Below are positions 1-10,159 of a stretch of 64,000 nt of DNA, in pieces (position 1 is the stretch's first letter; each line of letters opens with the position of its first letter). The position numbers and the translations under genes are program-made. Source of the DNA: Candidatus Paraimprobicoccus trichonymphae (GTDB lineage: Bacteria; Bacillota; Clostridia; Oscillospirales; Acutalibacteraceae). The stretch is from assembly GCA_036322875.1 (NCBI GenBank), contig AP027925.1, forward strand, positions 693,203-757,202. Reading direction: 5' to 3'. The notes under the pieces were generated by a model. It worked only from the letters and a program-made list of their open reading frames with translations, had not been told where the DNA came from and did not search any database.

Positions 1-34
1 ATTTAAGATTCCTCACATCTTTATAAAAAAACCA

Positions 35-778
35 TCAGGCACAAACTGCTGGACTAGGCAAAAAATCCTCCTCAGTAGCACCTTTATAACCCACGCCTCT
101 TAATGTTTTCACATACTTAGGATTTTCAGGTTCATCTTCTATCTTTTTTCTGATATACCTGATATGAACATCTACAGTTCTGATGTTATCTTCGCAATCA
201 GCTCCCCAAACTTTTTGAATGATCTGATGTCTATTTAATACTCTACCTTTTGATTTAATTAGAAGAGTAAACATATCAAATTCTTTAGTGGTTAATTCTA
301 CAAAACTACCTCTTTTGGTAATAGTTCTTTTTGCCAAATTTATACTAATTTCTCCGATGTTTATTATCTCTTCAACGTCAAGATTAATTTTCAGATTATC
401 ATTTCTTCTAATAACTGATTTCACTCTTGCACAAAGTTCTCTTAAACCAAAAGGTTTAGTTACATAATCATCAGCTCCCATTTCAAGAGCAAGGATGCAA
501 TCGACCTCTTCGCTCTTAGCAGTTAATACTATAATAGGAATACTCTTAGTTTCTTTTTCTAAATTTAATCTACCACAAACAGCTAAGCCATCAACATCCG
601 GCATAATCAAATCTAATATTATCAAATCTGGTTTTTTTTTGTTGATAGCTATCAAAAGATCCTTTCCACTAGAAAATTCTTGAGTCTCAAATCCCTGTTC
701 ATTTAGTGCTACACTAACCGTCTTTCTAACGTTTGATTCGTCATCGGCTATGTATACCAAATTATTTTGTCTATACAT
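35..778 (-). CDS. OmpR/PhoB-family response regulator (receiver + winged helix)
   Basis: ORF 35..793. Receiver motifs IADDE, LIILDLIMPDVDG, LTAK, KPF. C-terminal winged helix (VHIRYIRKKIE...TLRGVGYK). ATG at 778 preceded by AAGGTG is preferred over GTG at 793. Confidence 0.85.
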   Translation of the reverse strand: MYRQNNLVYIADDESNVRKTVSVALNEQGFETQEFSSGKDLLIAINKKKPDLIILDLIMPDVDGLAVCGRLNLEKETKSIPIIVLTAKSEEVDCILALEMGADDYVTKPFGLRELCARVKSVIRRNDNLKINLDVEEIINIGEISINLAKRTITKRGSFVELTTKEFDMFTLLIKSKGRVLNRHQIIQKVWGADCEDNIRTVDVHIRYIRKKIEDEPENPKYVKTLRGVGYKGATEEDFLPSPAVCA

Positions 779-1362
779 CGACACCTTAAACACAACACAT
801 CCTTGATAAATTTTTTAAATATATTTTCGAATATATTTATTCCTTGTGATAATAGTTGAGACAACATTAGATCACTCTACTATTATATGCAACTTTATTA
901 CTAAATAAAACCAATTGCAATACCTAAATTTAATTTTATTTAATCTTTATTAATATTTATTAAAAATTGTGCCTTAAAAACTAGTTTTATTAATATTATT
1001 ACACAACATTAAAGTCAAATACATTCAAAACATTGTTTAATTAACAAATTTTTCATAATTTATATCATTTTTATTTTTTATTAAATAATATACCAAAATA
1101 TATGAATTTTAAAACCTAACGACAAAACAAATAAAAAAACCTTAGCGGTTATATATGAAATTTATAATTTTTTTGAATTTTTTTTTATTTCTTTTGTATT
1201 ATGAGTTTTACATCGGTAATACTTTAGAAATTATTTGTTCAAAAATATTTGAAAAAACTAATTACACAAAACTTTTATAAAAAAAAACGTAAAACCTATG
1301 GTTTGATTGTTCTTTAATCGAATAAGGAGTTAAAAATTTTGAATTTTTTTAAAATAAAATTC

Positions 1363-1394
1363 TTGACAAAAATTTTTTTTAAATTATTATAAAA
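1363..1394 (+). promoter_or_regulatory. sigmaA-type promoter upstream of tRNA
   Basis: TTGACA at 1363-1368, then about 17 nt, then an A/T-rich -10 (ATTATA/TATAAA) about 15 nt before the tRNA 5' end. Confidence 0.4.
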
Positions 1395-1408
1395 CATATG
1401 ATTAAATT

Positions 1409-1485
1409 GGGCCATTAGCTCAGTTGGTTAGAGCAACCGGCTCATAACCGGTTGGTCCTAGGTTCGAGCCCTAGATGGCCCACCA
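1409..1485 (+). tRNA. tRNA with CAU anticodon (elongator Met or lysidine-modified Ile2), CCA encoded
   Basis: Cloverleaf read by eye: acceptor GGGCCAT/ATGGCCC, D arm AGCTCAGTTGGTTAGAGC, anticodon stem-loop CCGG-CTCATAA-CCGG, T arm CTAGGTTCGAGCCCTAG, then A-CCA. Confidence 0.9.
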
Positions 1486-1515
1486 ATTTTGTATATTTTT
1501 TGAGTATAGTTAGAA

Positions 1516-1896
1516 ATGTGTGGAGATAGAGTTTTTATCGGTGTGGTTGGGAAATTGGGTTGTATTTTTTGCGATATAGTCAATAATGTTGTTAAAGCGA
1601 AAGTAATCTATGAGGATAAAAAAACGATTGCTTTTGATGATCAGGAACCAAAAGCGCCAGTGCATTTTTTGATAATTCCAAAGGAACACATTGAAAGTTT
1701 AAATTTTGTAATTTCTGAAAATAGTGCAGTGATTTCTTATATATTCGAAAACATACCTAAAATTTTTAATAATTTGAATATGCACAAAAGTGATTACAGA
1801 ATAGTAAGTAATTGTGGTAAACAAGCGGGTCAAACTGTAAATCATTTACATTTTCATGTTTTGAATGGAAGATATTTAGAATGGCCTCCTGGGTGA
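1516..1896 (+). CDS. HIT-family (histidine triad) nucleotide hydrolase
   Basis: CIFCDI...APVHFLIIPKEH...NHLHFHVL histidine-triad motif. The true start may be downstream of 1516 (conserved N-terminus begins near GCIFC). Confidence 0.85.
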   Translation: MCGDRVFIGVVGKLGCIFCDIVNNVVKAKVIYEDKKTIAFDDQEPKAPVHFLIIPKEHIESLNFVISENSAVISYIFENIPKIFNNLNMHKSDYRIVSNCGKQAGQTVNHLHFHVLNGRYLEWPPG

Positions 1897-2412
1897 GTAT
1901 GTAGTGCTATTTGGGCAAAATTTCGGTGTGCTTTTTATAAGAAACATTAAATAATCAAAGCGGGTTTGCTTGTTTGTTTCTATTTTTAAATGTTACAAAA
2001 TATATGTTTAATGCTTTATTAAGCAGTTAACAAAAAAATACTTAAATAAAATCAAAATTAAACACTTGTTTTGGAGGATTCGAAATTTCAGACTAATTAA
2101 GGGAAGTATTTGTTCTTCAAGGAACAAAGAAGTACACAAGTTTTTAATTGATCATAATATTAATACTAAGTTATTTGGTAAAAAAATTGATTATACATAA
2201 ACTTTGAACACAACTAAAAATTTACAAAGAATAAAAAAAACAGTGAATTTAATATCATTCCAAACATAATATGTTAGACTTTCTTAGGTCATATAATTAG
2301 GTTTAATATGCGAACAATTTATAAAAAAGATAGATAATAATAGTATATATATTATTAAAAGGTTTTACGGGGATAATGATAAATTAAAAGTCTAAAAATC
2401 AAAATCTTAATC

Positions 2413-2919
2413 ATGAATTCTATATTTACTGTAATTTCTATAATTTTAAGTATTTTTATAAAAATTCCAGTTAATTTTAGTTTGCCATTTTTAAAATTAG
2501 AAATTTCAGATTCTATAATTTTAATTGTATCAGTAATTTTAGGGATAAGGTCCGGCGTTTATATTTTGATAACCGTAAATATTTTAAGAACTTTATTTTT
2601 CAGCACTGCAAGTTGGATTGGTTTTATAATCAGAAGTTTAAACATAATTTTAATTTTTATTTTTTATTATTTTTTTAAATCTAAAAACATAATATTTAAA
2701 TATTTTTTGATAATTTTTGGTACAGCTTTATTTTTAGCAATAAAGATACCTTTGAACTATTTTTTTTGGGTTCACATTTTTGGAATATCTCGAAATGTTT
2801 TAGATATTTTAGTTTTCAAAGTTATAGTTCCATTTAATATTATAAAAGTTTTATCTAACTATTTTTTAGCAATTATATTTATAAAACCAATAAAAATGCT
2901 CTCAGATAAGTTCTTATGA
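2413..2919 (+). CDS. ECF-transporter S component, RibU-like membrane protein
   Basis: Polytopic 168 aa. FLKLEISDSIILIVSVILGIRSG and IVPFNIIKV resemble RibU/ECF-S signature regions (recalled from family knowledge). Slightly short at the N-terminus. Confidence 0.5.
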   Translation: MNSIFTVISIILSIFIKIPVNFSLPFLKLEISDSIILIVSVILGIRSGVYILITVNILRTLFFSTASWIGFIIRSLNIILIFIFYYFFKSKNIIFKYFLIIFGTALFLAIKIPLNYFFWVHIFGISRNVLDILVFKVIVPFNIIKVLSNYFLAIIFIKPIKMLSDKFL

Positions 2920-2929
2920 AAAAAATTGA

Positions 2930-3648
2930 GAAAACCGCTAAACTAAAGTTTAGGTTGACAAAAAAGTAATAAATTTCTATAGTCAAAAATACTTAAACTT
3001 CTACTATGAATAATTAAAGTTTTGAAACAACAGACAACTATAGGGATTTGAGAATTACATTTTTCAGTTTTAGTAGAAAAAATTTTTTGGTCTAGAGGAT
3101 ACTTTGTATCAAGCGTGTTGACCGAGGTAATGTTAAATTACATACAAAATCAAGGAAACTAAAACGGAAAAGGCATTTAAATTTAGAATATATCCGAATA
3201 AAAAACAAATCGATACAATACAAAAAACGTTTGAATGTTGTCGTTTTGTATGAAATTATTATCTTGCTAAACGAATTAATCGGTATAAATTTGCGAGATT
3301 AGCGATGAATTACAATGCACATGTTCAAGAGATTTAACACAACTAAAAAAAGTAGATTCTACTGTTGAACAGTCAATATTAAAAGATTTAGACTATATTT
3401 ATGAAAATTTTCACATAAGGTTAATAAAAAAATTCGGGATTTATGAGGTTTAAAAGTAAAAAAATTCCAAAAAATCTTTGTTTCAAAGAAAATTTCAGAA
3501 AAAATTATTTCAATTACGTTAAATCAAAATTCAAATACCGTCGAATTTACATGAATTTACGCTTGAAATGAAATGGAGTTTACTTACCATAAGACAGGTA
3601 GCCACAGAGAGCGCAGAACCAATAATCTGTGCAAGGCAAAGTGTCAAG
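2930..3648 (+). mobile_element. Internally deleted IS200/IS605-family element (left-end hairpin + promoter, tnpA 3' remnant, tnpB 5' remnant, right end)
   Basis: GAAAACCGCTAAAC..GTTTAGG hairpin followed by TTGACA-N17-TATAGT. Frame fragments FWSRGYFVSSV..YIQNQGN* (Y1 transposase C-terminus) and KAFKFRIYPNKKQIDTIQKTFECCRFV (TnpB N-terminus). 3' segment TTACGCTTGAAATGAAATGGAG...GTGTCAAG is shared with the mini-elements. Confidence 0.7.
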
Positions 3649-4600
3649 ATTGTTTATTATTCACAACAGCTGTTTTAAAATCTGGATATTTAGGTGGTTT
3701 ACCTCCCCTTTTTTCATAATATTTATCTGGCATTAATGGATTTTTATTTCTTTCAATTTTTTCTATATCTACAAAACTTTCTTCGCCTTCTCTAACTTCT
3801 CTTGCAACTACAACCATTCTAGAATTTTCAAACTCATAAGAGCAAGTTGAAAGAGTAATTAAATTATCATTTTTACTTATATCAACGGGAAATTTGTATA
3901 AACTTCTTATTTTTATGTTGTAAACAAATTCTAGAAAAGCCTCTTCGCTTGGAAAATCAGATATTAGATAATTAAAAACTTTTCCATCTTCTGGGCAAAT
4001 ATCAGCTTTAAAAACAGAGATAACCTTAAATTCTGTTAATTTTTCTGGTGTATCAAATTTTATAATCGAGGCTTTTTTGCAAAAATCTTCATTTTGATAC
4101 TTTAATAAATCAGCAAACATAGTTCCATCACGCATACTGTGTCCATGTATTAAAATATTTTTTGATGTTTCTTGCAAATTACATGAATTATCAAGAAAAA
4201 TACTTCCATATCGAGTTTTCGCCTTATTACAATCATGATCTATATAAAAGTAAATTTTTTTATCTAAGTCTTTAGACTGTTGAAGAACTGGGTAGTCTAT
4301 ATTACTTCCTTCAATATTTATCCAACCTTTTATATCTGGATTCACTTTTAATAAATCTTCAAATTTTATATATTCTTTTGGTTCTTCTTGCTTAACTATT
4401 TCAGTTGTTTCAACTTCTATTTTTTCTGATCCTTCACTATTAATATTATTATCCTTGTAGTAAATTTCTTTAATGTTTTGAGTGCTTTTTCTTGATATAT
4501 ATGAATCAATAATTAAGTTTCTAACTAAAATTAAAGTTAGATATATAAACGTTAATATTGACAAATAATAAATCAGCTTGCTAAAATACTTTTTTTTCAT
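3644..4600 (-). CDS. srtB: Class B sortase
   Basis: N-terminal TM, ILIHGHSMRDGTMFADL, TLSTCSY catalytic Cys motif, VVVAREV. The stop codon lies inside the right end of the adjacent IS605 remnant. Confidence 0.85.
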   Translation of the reverse strand: MKKKYFSKLIYYLSILTFIYLTLILVRNLIIDSYISRKSTQNIKEIYYKDNNINSEGSEKIEVETTEIVKQEEPKEYIKFEDLLKVNPDIKGWINIEGSNIDYPVLQQSKDLDKKIYFYIDHDCNKAKTRYGSIFLDNSCNLQETSKNILIHGHSMRDGTMFADLLKYQNEDFCKKASIIKFDTPEKLTEFKVISVFKADICPEDGKVFNYLISDFPSEEAFLEFVYNIKIRSLYKFPVDISKNDNLITLSTCSYEFENSRMVVVAREVREGEESFVDIEKIERNKNPLMPDKYYEKRGGKPPKYPDFKTAVVNNKQS

Positions 4601-4691
4601 TTTTTCAACACTTTCGACTTTTTTTGTTTTATAATATTAGTAGTTTGAAGTTTTAATGTAAAAATTCGGGGTAATTTTTATTTTTTATTTT

Positions 4692-5627
4692 TTGTATGGG
4701 AAAGAGAAATATTTAGTCAAAGAAAAAGAAAATATAATACTAAAAAACAAAAAAAAATTATTTGATTTTGCTAAATTTGATGGAGAAGACTTAGATTTGG
4801 ACGAGTTGTCTGTTTGTTTGAAAACTTTTCCTGCGCTAAGTGAGAAAAAATATGTTTTAATCAGCAATTTAGACTTAGAAACTTTAAGAGAAAAAGATTT
4901 AGAAATTTTAAAAAATTTAATATTAGATTTACATGATTTTGTGGTTTTAGTCGTAAGTCAAAATTTAATAAATTCAGATAAAAATACTAAAATTTTTGTA
5001 AATTTTGTCTCTAAAATAAAAAACTCAGAAATAATAGAATTTTCAGAAAAATCTGTAAATATAGCAAGTAAAATTTCTGAATGGACAAAAAAACATAATA
5101 AAAAAATAAACAGAACGAATATAAATTTGCTAGTTAGCAGATGCGGAAAAGATTTGAATAATTTAAAAAATGAAATCGACAAGTTGTGCTTTTTCGAAAA
5201 AAATTTAGAAATAACTTCAAATTCTATAATAAAAATATCAAATTTAAGTCATGATTATAAAGTTTTTGAAATATCTAAAATTATACTTTCTGGAGATCTC
5301 TTTGAGATTTATAATTTTCTTGAAAAACTCTTTTGTAAAAATCCGGATATTTTTTATGTTTTAAATACAATTTCTATAACTTATATTAATTTATATAAAA
5401 TAAAATTAGCTGTAATAAATAAAAAAAATATTGAAGAAATAAGTAAACTATTTGGTTATACTAATAAAAAATTTAAACTTAGATTAGATTTAGAAACTTC
5501 TAGTAAAATCAGTTTAGAAAAGATTAAAAAAAATTTAAATTTACTCTTAGAAAGTGATTTAATATTAAAAACATCTACAATTTGTTCTCATTTTATACTA
5601 AATTATTTAATTATAAATTTAGTGTAG
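4692..5627 (+). CDS. holA: DNA polymerase III delta subunit
   Basis: LYGKEKYL, FDGEDLDLDEL, TFPALSEKKYVLISN match the HolA N-terminal domain. TTG start. The in-frame open region begins only 9 codons upstream, so the usual ~15 N-terminal residues are absent. Confidence 0.75.
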   Translation: MYGKEKYLVKEKENIILKNKKKLFDFAKFDGEDLDLDELSVCLKTFPALSEKKYVLISNLDLETLREKDLEILKNLILDLHDFVVLVVSQNLINSDKNTKIFVNFVSKIKNSEIIEFSEKSVNIASKISEWTKKHNKKINRTNINLLVSRCGKDLNNLKNEIDKLCFFEKNLEITSNSIIKISNLSHDYKVFEISKIILSGDLFEIYNFLEKLFCKNPDIFYVLNTISITYINLYKIKLAVINKKNIEEISKLFGYTNKKFKLRLDLETSSKISLEKIKKNLNLLLESDLILKTSTICSHFILNYLIINLV

Positions 5628-6082
5628 TTATTAAATTAAGATTTGTTTTTGGAATAAAGTATTCTCTGTGCCAAAAAAACTCATATGTGAAACGTGCTAA
5701 ATTGGGTTATATAATATCCAACAAATTTATCAGAATCCTAATATCCATGCTCACCTCAATTTAGATAATTTTCATTTTTGAGATGTACACCGGTTGAACA
5801 AAATTTAACAAGATTCAATGCATAAAAATGGGGTAACTAATAATGTAAGAACCATATTTATACGCAAAGTTTGTTATATTGTTTTCAATATTAGCGTATA
5901 GTTAATTTCTGTATGATTTATCTGATTAAAATGGAATTTAGTGATTTTTCTCACATATTTTACATAAAAAATTGTGTTTATTTTGTATAATAATATTAAC
6001 AGTGGAATTTTTTCATAGCAAACTTAATATAAGTCTTTGTAAAGCAAAAAATCTAGTTTAAAAAATTAAGGAGCTTTAGAAA

Positions 6083-7099
6083 ATGAATTTAAAATCTAGT
6101 TTAAATGCATTGATTATAATCATTTCTCTGATTGCGCTTGTTTATTTTTGTTTATCTGAAAATGGGTTCTCTGACTTAATTTTTAATATAAAAAATTTAA
6201 ATATTTTTTGGTTTATAATGTCATTCATTTCCCATTTTTTGAATATTACTATAGATTCTATTATTATTTTTATTCTTACAAAAAATATAAAAAACGATTA
6301 TAAATTCAAGCAAGCATTGAAAACTTGCGCCGTAGGCCAATTTTTCAGTTCGATTACACCAGGTGGAGTAGCTGGTCAGCCAATGCAAGTATACTCTATG
6401 TCAAAACAAAATGTTTCTACTGGAAATTCAAGTTCTGTCTTGATTCAAAGGTTTTTAATATATCAAACAACTATAACTATATATGGTTTGATTTTTATAC
6501 TTTGGAAAAGATCTTATTTTACCAAGCAAATATCGAAAATGACTAATTTACTAATGTTAATTGGACTTGCTTCGCATGCTTTTATAATTTTTCTCTTATT
6601 GATATTTTCTTTAAAAAGAAAATTTACAGAAAATTTGATAAATATTTTTATAAAATTAATTTCTAAATTAAAGTTAATAAAAAATCCTGAAAAGCAAATT
6701 TTAAAAATAAAAACCCAATTAGATAGTTTCCATAAAAACAATTCTGAATTGTATAAAAACAGTATTTTATTATTAAAATTATATTTATTAACTATAGTTC
6801 AACTTTTTTGTATATTTGTTATACCTTATTTAATTTATAGAGCTTTTAATTTTAATCAAGCAAATATATTCGATATTTTAGCTGCTCAGTCATTTGTAAT
6901 GATGTGTACAAGCCTTTTTCCAATGCCTGGTGGCGCAGGGGCTGCAGAAATTAGTTTTTTTGCTTTTTTTAGTAACTTTTTTATAAATAATACACTGAAA
7001 CCTGCTATGTTACTATGGAGAATCATAACTTATTTTTTAACTATTTTAGTTACCGCCCCATTTTCCAGAATAAAAAAACATAATGAATCTATTCAGTAG
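6083..7099 (+). CDS. Flippase-like / lysylphosphatidylglycerol-synthase TM-region family membrane protein (UPF0104)
   Basis: 338 aa polytopic protein with GQFFSSITPGGVAGQPMQVY and PMPGGAGAAE motifs typical of this family. AAGGAG RBS before the ATG. Confidence 0.65.
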   Translation: MNLKSSLNALIIIISLIALVYFCLSENGFSDLIFNIKNLNIFWFIMSFISHFLNITIDSIIIFILTKNIKNDYKFKQALKTCAVGQFFSSITPGGVAGQPMQVYSMSKQNVSTGNSSSVLIQRFLIYQTTITIYGLIFILWKRSYFTKQISKMTNLLMLIGLASHAFIIFLLLIFSLKRKFTENLINIFIKLISKLKLIKNPEKQILKIKTQLDSFHKNNSELYKNSILLLKLYLLTIVQLFCIFVIPYLIYRAFNFNQANIFDILAAQSFVMMCTSLFPMPGGAGAAEISFFAFFSNFFINNTLKPAMLLWRIITYFLTILVTAPFSRIKKHNESIQ

Positions 7100-7207
7100 T
7101 AAAAAAATTAAAAATGTATTGGCAAACAGATGTACTTATATTTTATATCACAATAATTTTAATAATAATTTCGAAGACAATACATAAAAATTGCGGATCT
7201 AGTAAAG

Positions 7208-8030
7208 TAGACCTGTCCTAAAACTTTAAAATAATGCTAAAATTTTAGAAAGGACAATAAAAATAGAATTGAAAAGTTACCAGAAACAAAATATTTAGTA
7301 ACATTCGGAATAAGAAAACCAACATTTGAAACAAAGCACGCGATCCTCTAAAGCGCATACAAGGAGATGCGAAAAAAGGCGGTAGAGCGCGAAAATTGAG
7401 TGTTTTGGATATGCTAATTATTATGCTTGGATATTACCACGACTACCACACAATGGAAAATTTGGGCTTTGATTATGGTGTATCTAAACAATGAATTTCC
7501 GAGGCTGTTGCATGGCATGGGTCGAACAAACTTTAATCAAAGATGGAACATTTTCATTGCTGTCAAAACGCGAATTAATCAAGGAAAACACCACGCGATA
7601 ATTGATGTTACAGAATGCGAAACCGAGCGTCCAAAACATGGACAAAAAGCTTCATATTCGGGTAAAAAAAGACACACAATAAAAGACCAAATAGTCATAA
7701 ACGGTGACACAAAACAAATTATAGGTATTTATGAAGAAAAAGGTTCTGTGCATGATTTGGAGATTTTTAAGCGCAGCAAATTTCATTTGTTGAAAGATAT
7801 TTTATTTATTGGCGACAAAGGATATCATGGCCTAAAATTCTACCATTCAAATAGTTTGACGCTATATAAAAATCCGAAAAATGGCGAACTTACTGACGGT
7901 TTAATTCACAAATTTCAAGTTACAGAATTCGCATCTAACACGTAAATCATCGTAATACAAACACAACCTTCTTAGTTTTACTAAATTTTATTTTAGCCAT
8001 TTATAATTTTCAAATACGAACCATCTCGTT
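7208..8030 (+). pseudogene. IS5-like (PIF/Harbinger-type DDE) element, sub-type A, copy 1, degraded
   Basis: Left terminal repeat TAGACCTGTCCTAAAAC at 7208. Fragments LPETKYLVTFGIRKPTFE, AIIDVTECETERPKHGQKASYSGKKRHTIKDQ, IGDKGYHGLK. In-frame TGA where copy 3 has CGA. Frame break after ENTTR. The right end is degenerate. Confidence 0.75.
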
Positions 8031-8130
8031 TCTATCTATTAGCAAATCTTTGTATTTTATGCATAGGAAACAGAAAATTTCTCCAAAATTCACCCATCCC
8101 ACTTCGACACGTACCCAGGTTTTGGTTGTG

Positions 8131-8398
8131 TGGCAAGCCGGGCGGCGTAAACTTTCAAATATCAAATCAGCAATATGTATATTAACTGTTCTATCAAGGA
8201 AGTTTTAAATATATAAAAATATTTTATCTTTTTTGATTATGCTCTAAAATAGTTTATAAATAAAATTAAATGTAGCAATTTTATTTTGTGATAATTAGAA
8301 TGGCTAAAATTACAGCAAAATATGTATAAATCTGAAATCAAATTAATAATAATAAAAATGTTCATGGTGAAATTTGTTAAATTTTAAGTTTTTTGAAA
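8131..8398 (+). repeat. Unclassified repeat R1, copy 1
   Basis: Near-identical to 41297..41633 apart from a ~70-nt indel. Starts with the GC-rich hairpin GGCAAGCCGGGCGGCG and contains TTGATTATGCTCTAAAAT. Confidence 0.6.
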
Positions 8399-8552
8399 TA
8401 TATTTTTTGTGTAACCAAACAAATCGTCTAATACAACGTCTTACATTACGTGATACAGCTATAAAATTTTTAAAAACCTTTAATTCTCTAATTATGTTTT
8501 ATGTTTTTTACATACTTTATTTTTTTACGAGTATGTTTTACAAACACAATTG

Positions 8553-8791
8553 CTTTAACACTCTGCTTGGCGAAAAATCAAACAGTTTCTTGGTTCGTCC
8601 CCCAGCAATTACTCGTCTTATGTAAGCTTCCCAAGCGTAAATTCTCGTAAACCCCACGGTATTTAATTTTTAATGCTTGAAATTTCAACTTGGTTTTCGT
8701 TGAAACAACATCTCTTATAATTTTAGCATACCATTATTTTTTGTCAATATTTTTACGATTCATTCGTTAAAATAAACATTTAGCGGTTTTC
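8553..8791 (-). mobile_element. IS605-derived mini-element (left end + promoter + tnpB-3'/right end), copy D
   Basis: Reverse complement reads GAAAACCGCTAAATGTTTATTTTAACG hairpin, TTGACA-N16-TGcTAAAAT, GTTTCAACGAAAACCAAGTTGAAA hairpin, CCGTGGGGTTTACG..., ...GCCAAGCAGAGTGTTAAAG. Confidence 0.7.
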
Positions 8792-8875
8792 TTGCTGATT
8801 TATATAAATATTATAAAAGTGTATTTTTCTTTGTAGTTTAAGCAATAATATCTAAGTCAATGATCTATTTGGGAA

Positions 8876-10045
8876 GTGGTTTTTTTGGCATCAGGTGCAT
8901 TATCTTTCATTTTGAATAAAACAAGAGATTGGAAATATAAAAATGTACTAAAAAATATTAAGTTTATAGATGATTGTTTATATAAAAAAATTGAAAATTC
9001 TGAAAATGGGGTGTTTATTTCTAGCTCTTTTGATGGTAATTTTCAAGAAATGATTTGGCACAGATTAAAAATCAAATCAGAAGTACCACAAAATGGATTA
9101 TTAAAACTGAAAATTTTTGCAAGTGATTATAAGGGAATTTTTGTAAAAGAAATAGATAAAAAAATAAATGATTTAGACGAGTTTTTTTTAGATAAAAAAA
9201 TAAGTATAAATAAAAAAATTGAAGTTTTTGAAAGCATAAAAACAAAAGAATTCAAGAATCCTAAAGATTTGCTTCTATTTGATGTAACCGGGAGGTTTTT
9301 ATGGATATATTTAGAGTTAGTAAGCTATGAAAAAGAACAAATAAAAATCGAATATTTAAAAATTGAATTTCCTAGAGTTACTTTTGCAGATTATTTGCCA
9401 GATATATACAAAGAAAGTTTCGAAAATAATCTTTTTTTGTACAGATTTGTGGGAATATTTCAGTCAATGTATGTTGATACAGAAGATAATATAGATTTTA
9501 TAACTCTAAATTTTGATCCTAAAATAGCAAATTATGATTTTTTACAATGGATATCAAACTGGTTGTCTGTAAAAGATGTCCCAATTTGGGGAAAGGAAAA
9601 ACTTAGAGAAATATTAAAACATGTAGTAAATCTTTATAAAATCAAAGGAACTAAAATTTCTATATCTTTAATTGTAGAAGAATTTGTTGGTACTAAACCT
9701 ATAATAATAGAACATTTTGAAATAGAAAATAATCAATATTATAATCTACAGTCACATATTATAAATAAACTTTTTGGAGACAATAGCTTCGTATTTACAG
9801 TAATACTTACAGAAAAATATGTAAAAAACTCTGAAAAATATATAGAAATTTTAAGAGTCATAAACAGTGTGAAACCAATAGACTCTATCTGTAATTTAGT
9901 GGTGTTAAATGACAAAATATATTTAGACTATCATTGTTACTTAGAAATAAATTCCTATATTGCAAAAAATTGTGAACTTGTATTAGATGAAAACAATGAT
10001 TTGGATGTTTTAATGCTAAAAAAATTCAGTCAGGATTCAAAATAA
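8876..10045 (+). CDS. Contractile-tail/eCIS baseplate protein, P2 gpI-like tail protein domain
   Basis: FADYLPDIYKE..FLYRFVGIFQSMY...FDPKIANYDFLQWISNWLS...KLREILKHVVNLYKIKGTK matches the conserved phage tail protein I / Afp12-type pattern (from memory). Intact 389-aa ORF, GTG start. Confidence 0.7.
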   Translation: MVFLASGALSFILNKTRDWKYKNVLKNIKFIDDCLYKKIENSENGVFISSSFDGNFQEMIWHRLKIKSEVPQNGLLKLKIFASDYKGIFVKEIDKKINDLDEFFLDKKISINKKIEVFESIKTKEFKNPKDLLLFDVTGRFLWIYLELVSYEKEQIKIEYLKIEFPRVTFADYLPDIYKESFENNLFLYRFVGIFQSMYVDTEDNIDFITLNFDPKIANYDFLQWISNWLSVKDVPIWGKEKLREILKHVVNLYKIKGTKISISLIVEEFVGTKPIIIEHFEIENNQYYNLQSHIINKLFGDNSFVFTVILTEKYVKNSEKYIEILRVINSVKPIDSICNLVVLNDKIYLDYHCYLEINSYIAKNCELVLDENNDLDVLMLKKFSQDSK

Positions 10046-10159
10046 TTTATAAACAATAAAAAAACATGTGCGATCAAAAATTAAAATAGTAAAAAAAATA
10101 ATACGGATTTATTATACCTATTCTAAAATCACAAAATATGATATAATAAAAATAAGGAT

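Noticed and set aside
8100-8115. Spo0A-box-like heptamers (TGTCGAA/TTCGACA) at about 8108, 14900, 26190 and 40170 as targets of the Spo0A homologue
   Set aside because: All occurrences lie inside mobile-element remnants or pseudogenes. A 7-mer is expected by chance several times in 64 kb on two strands.
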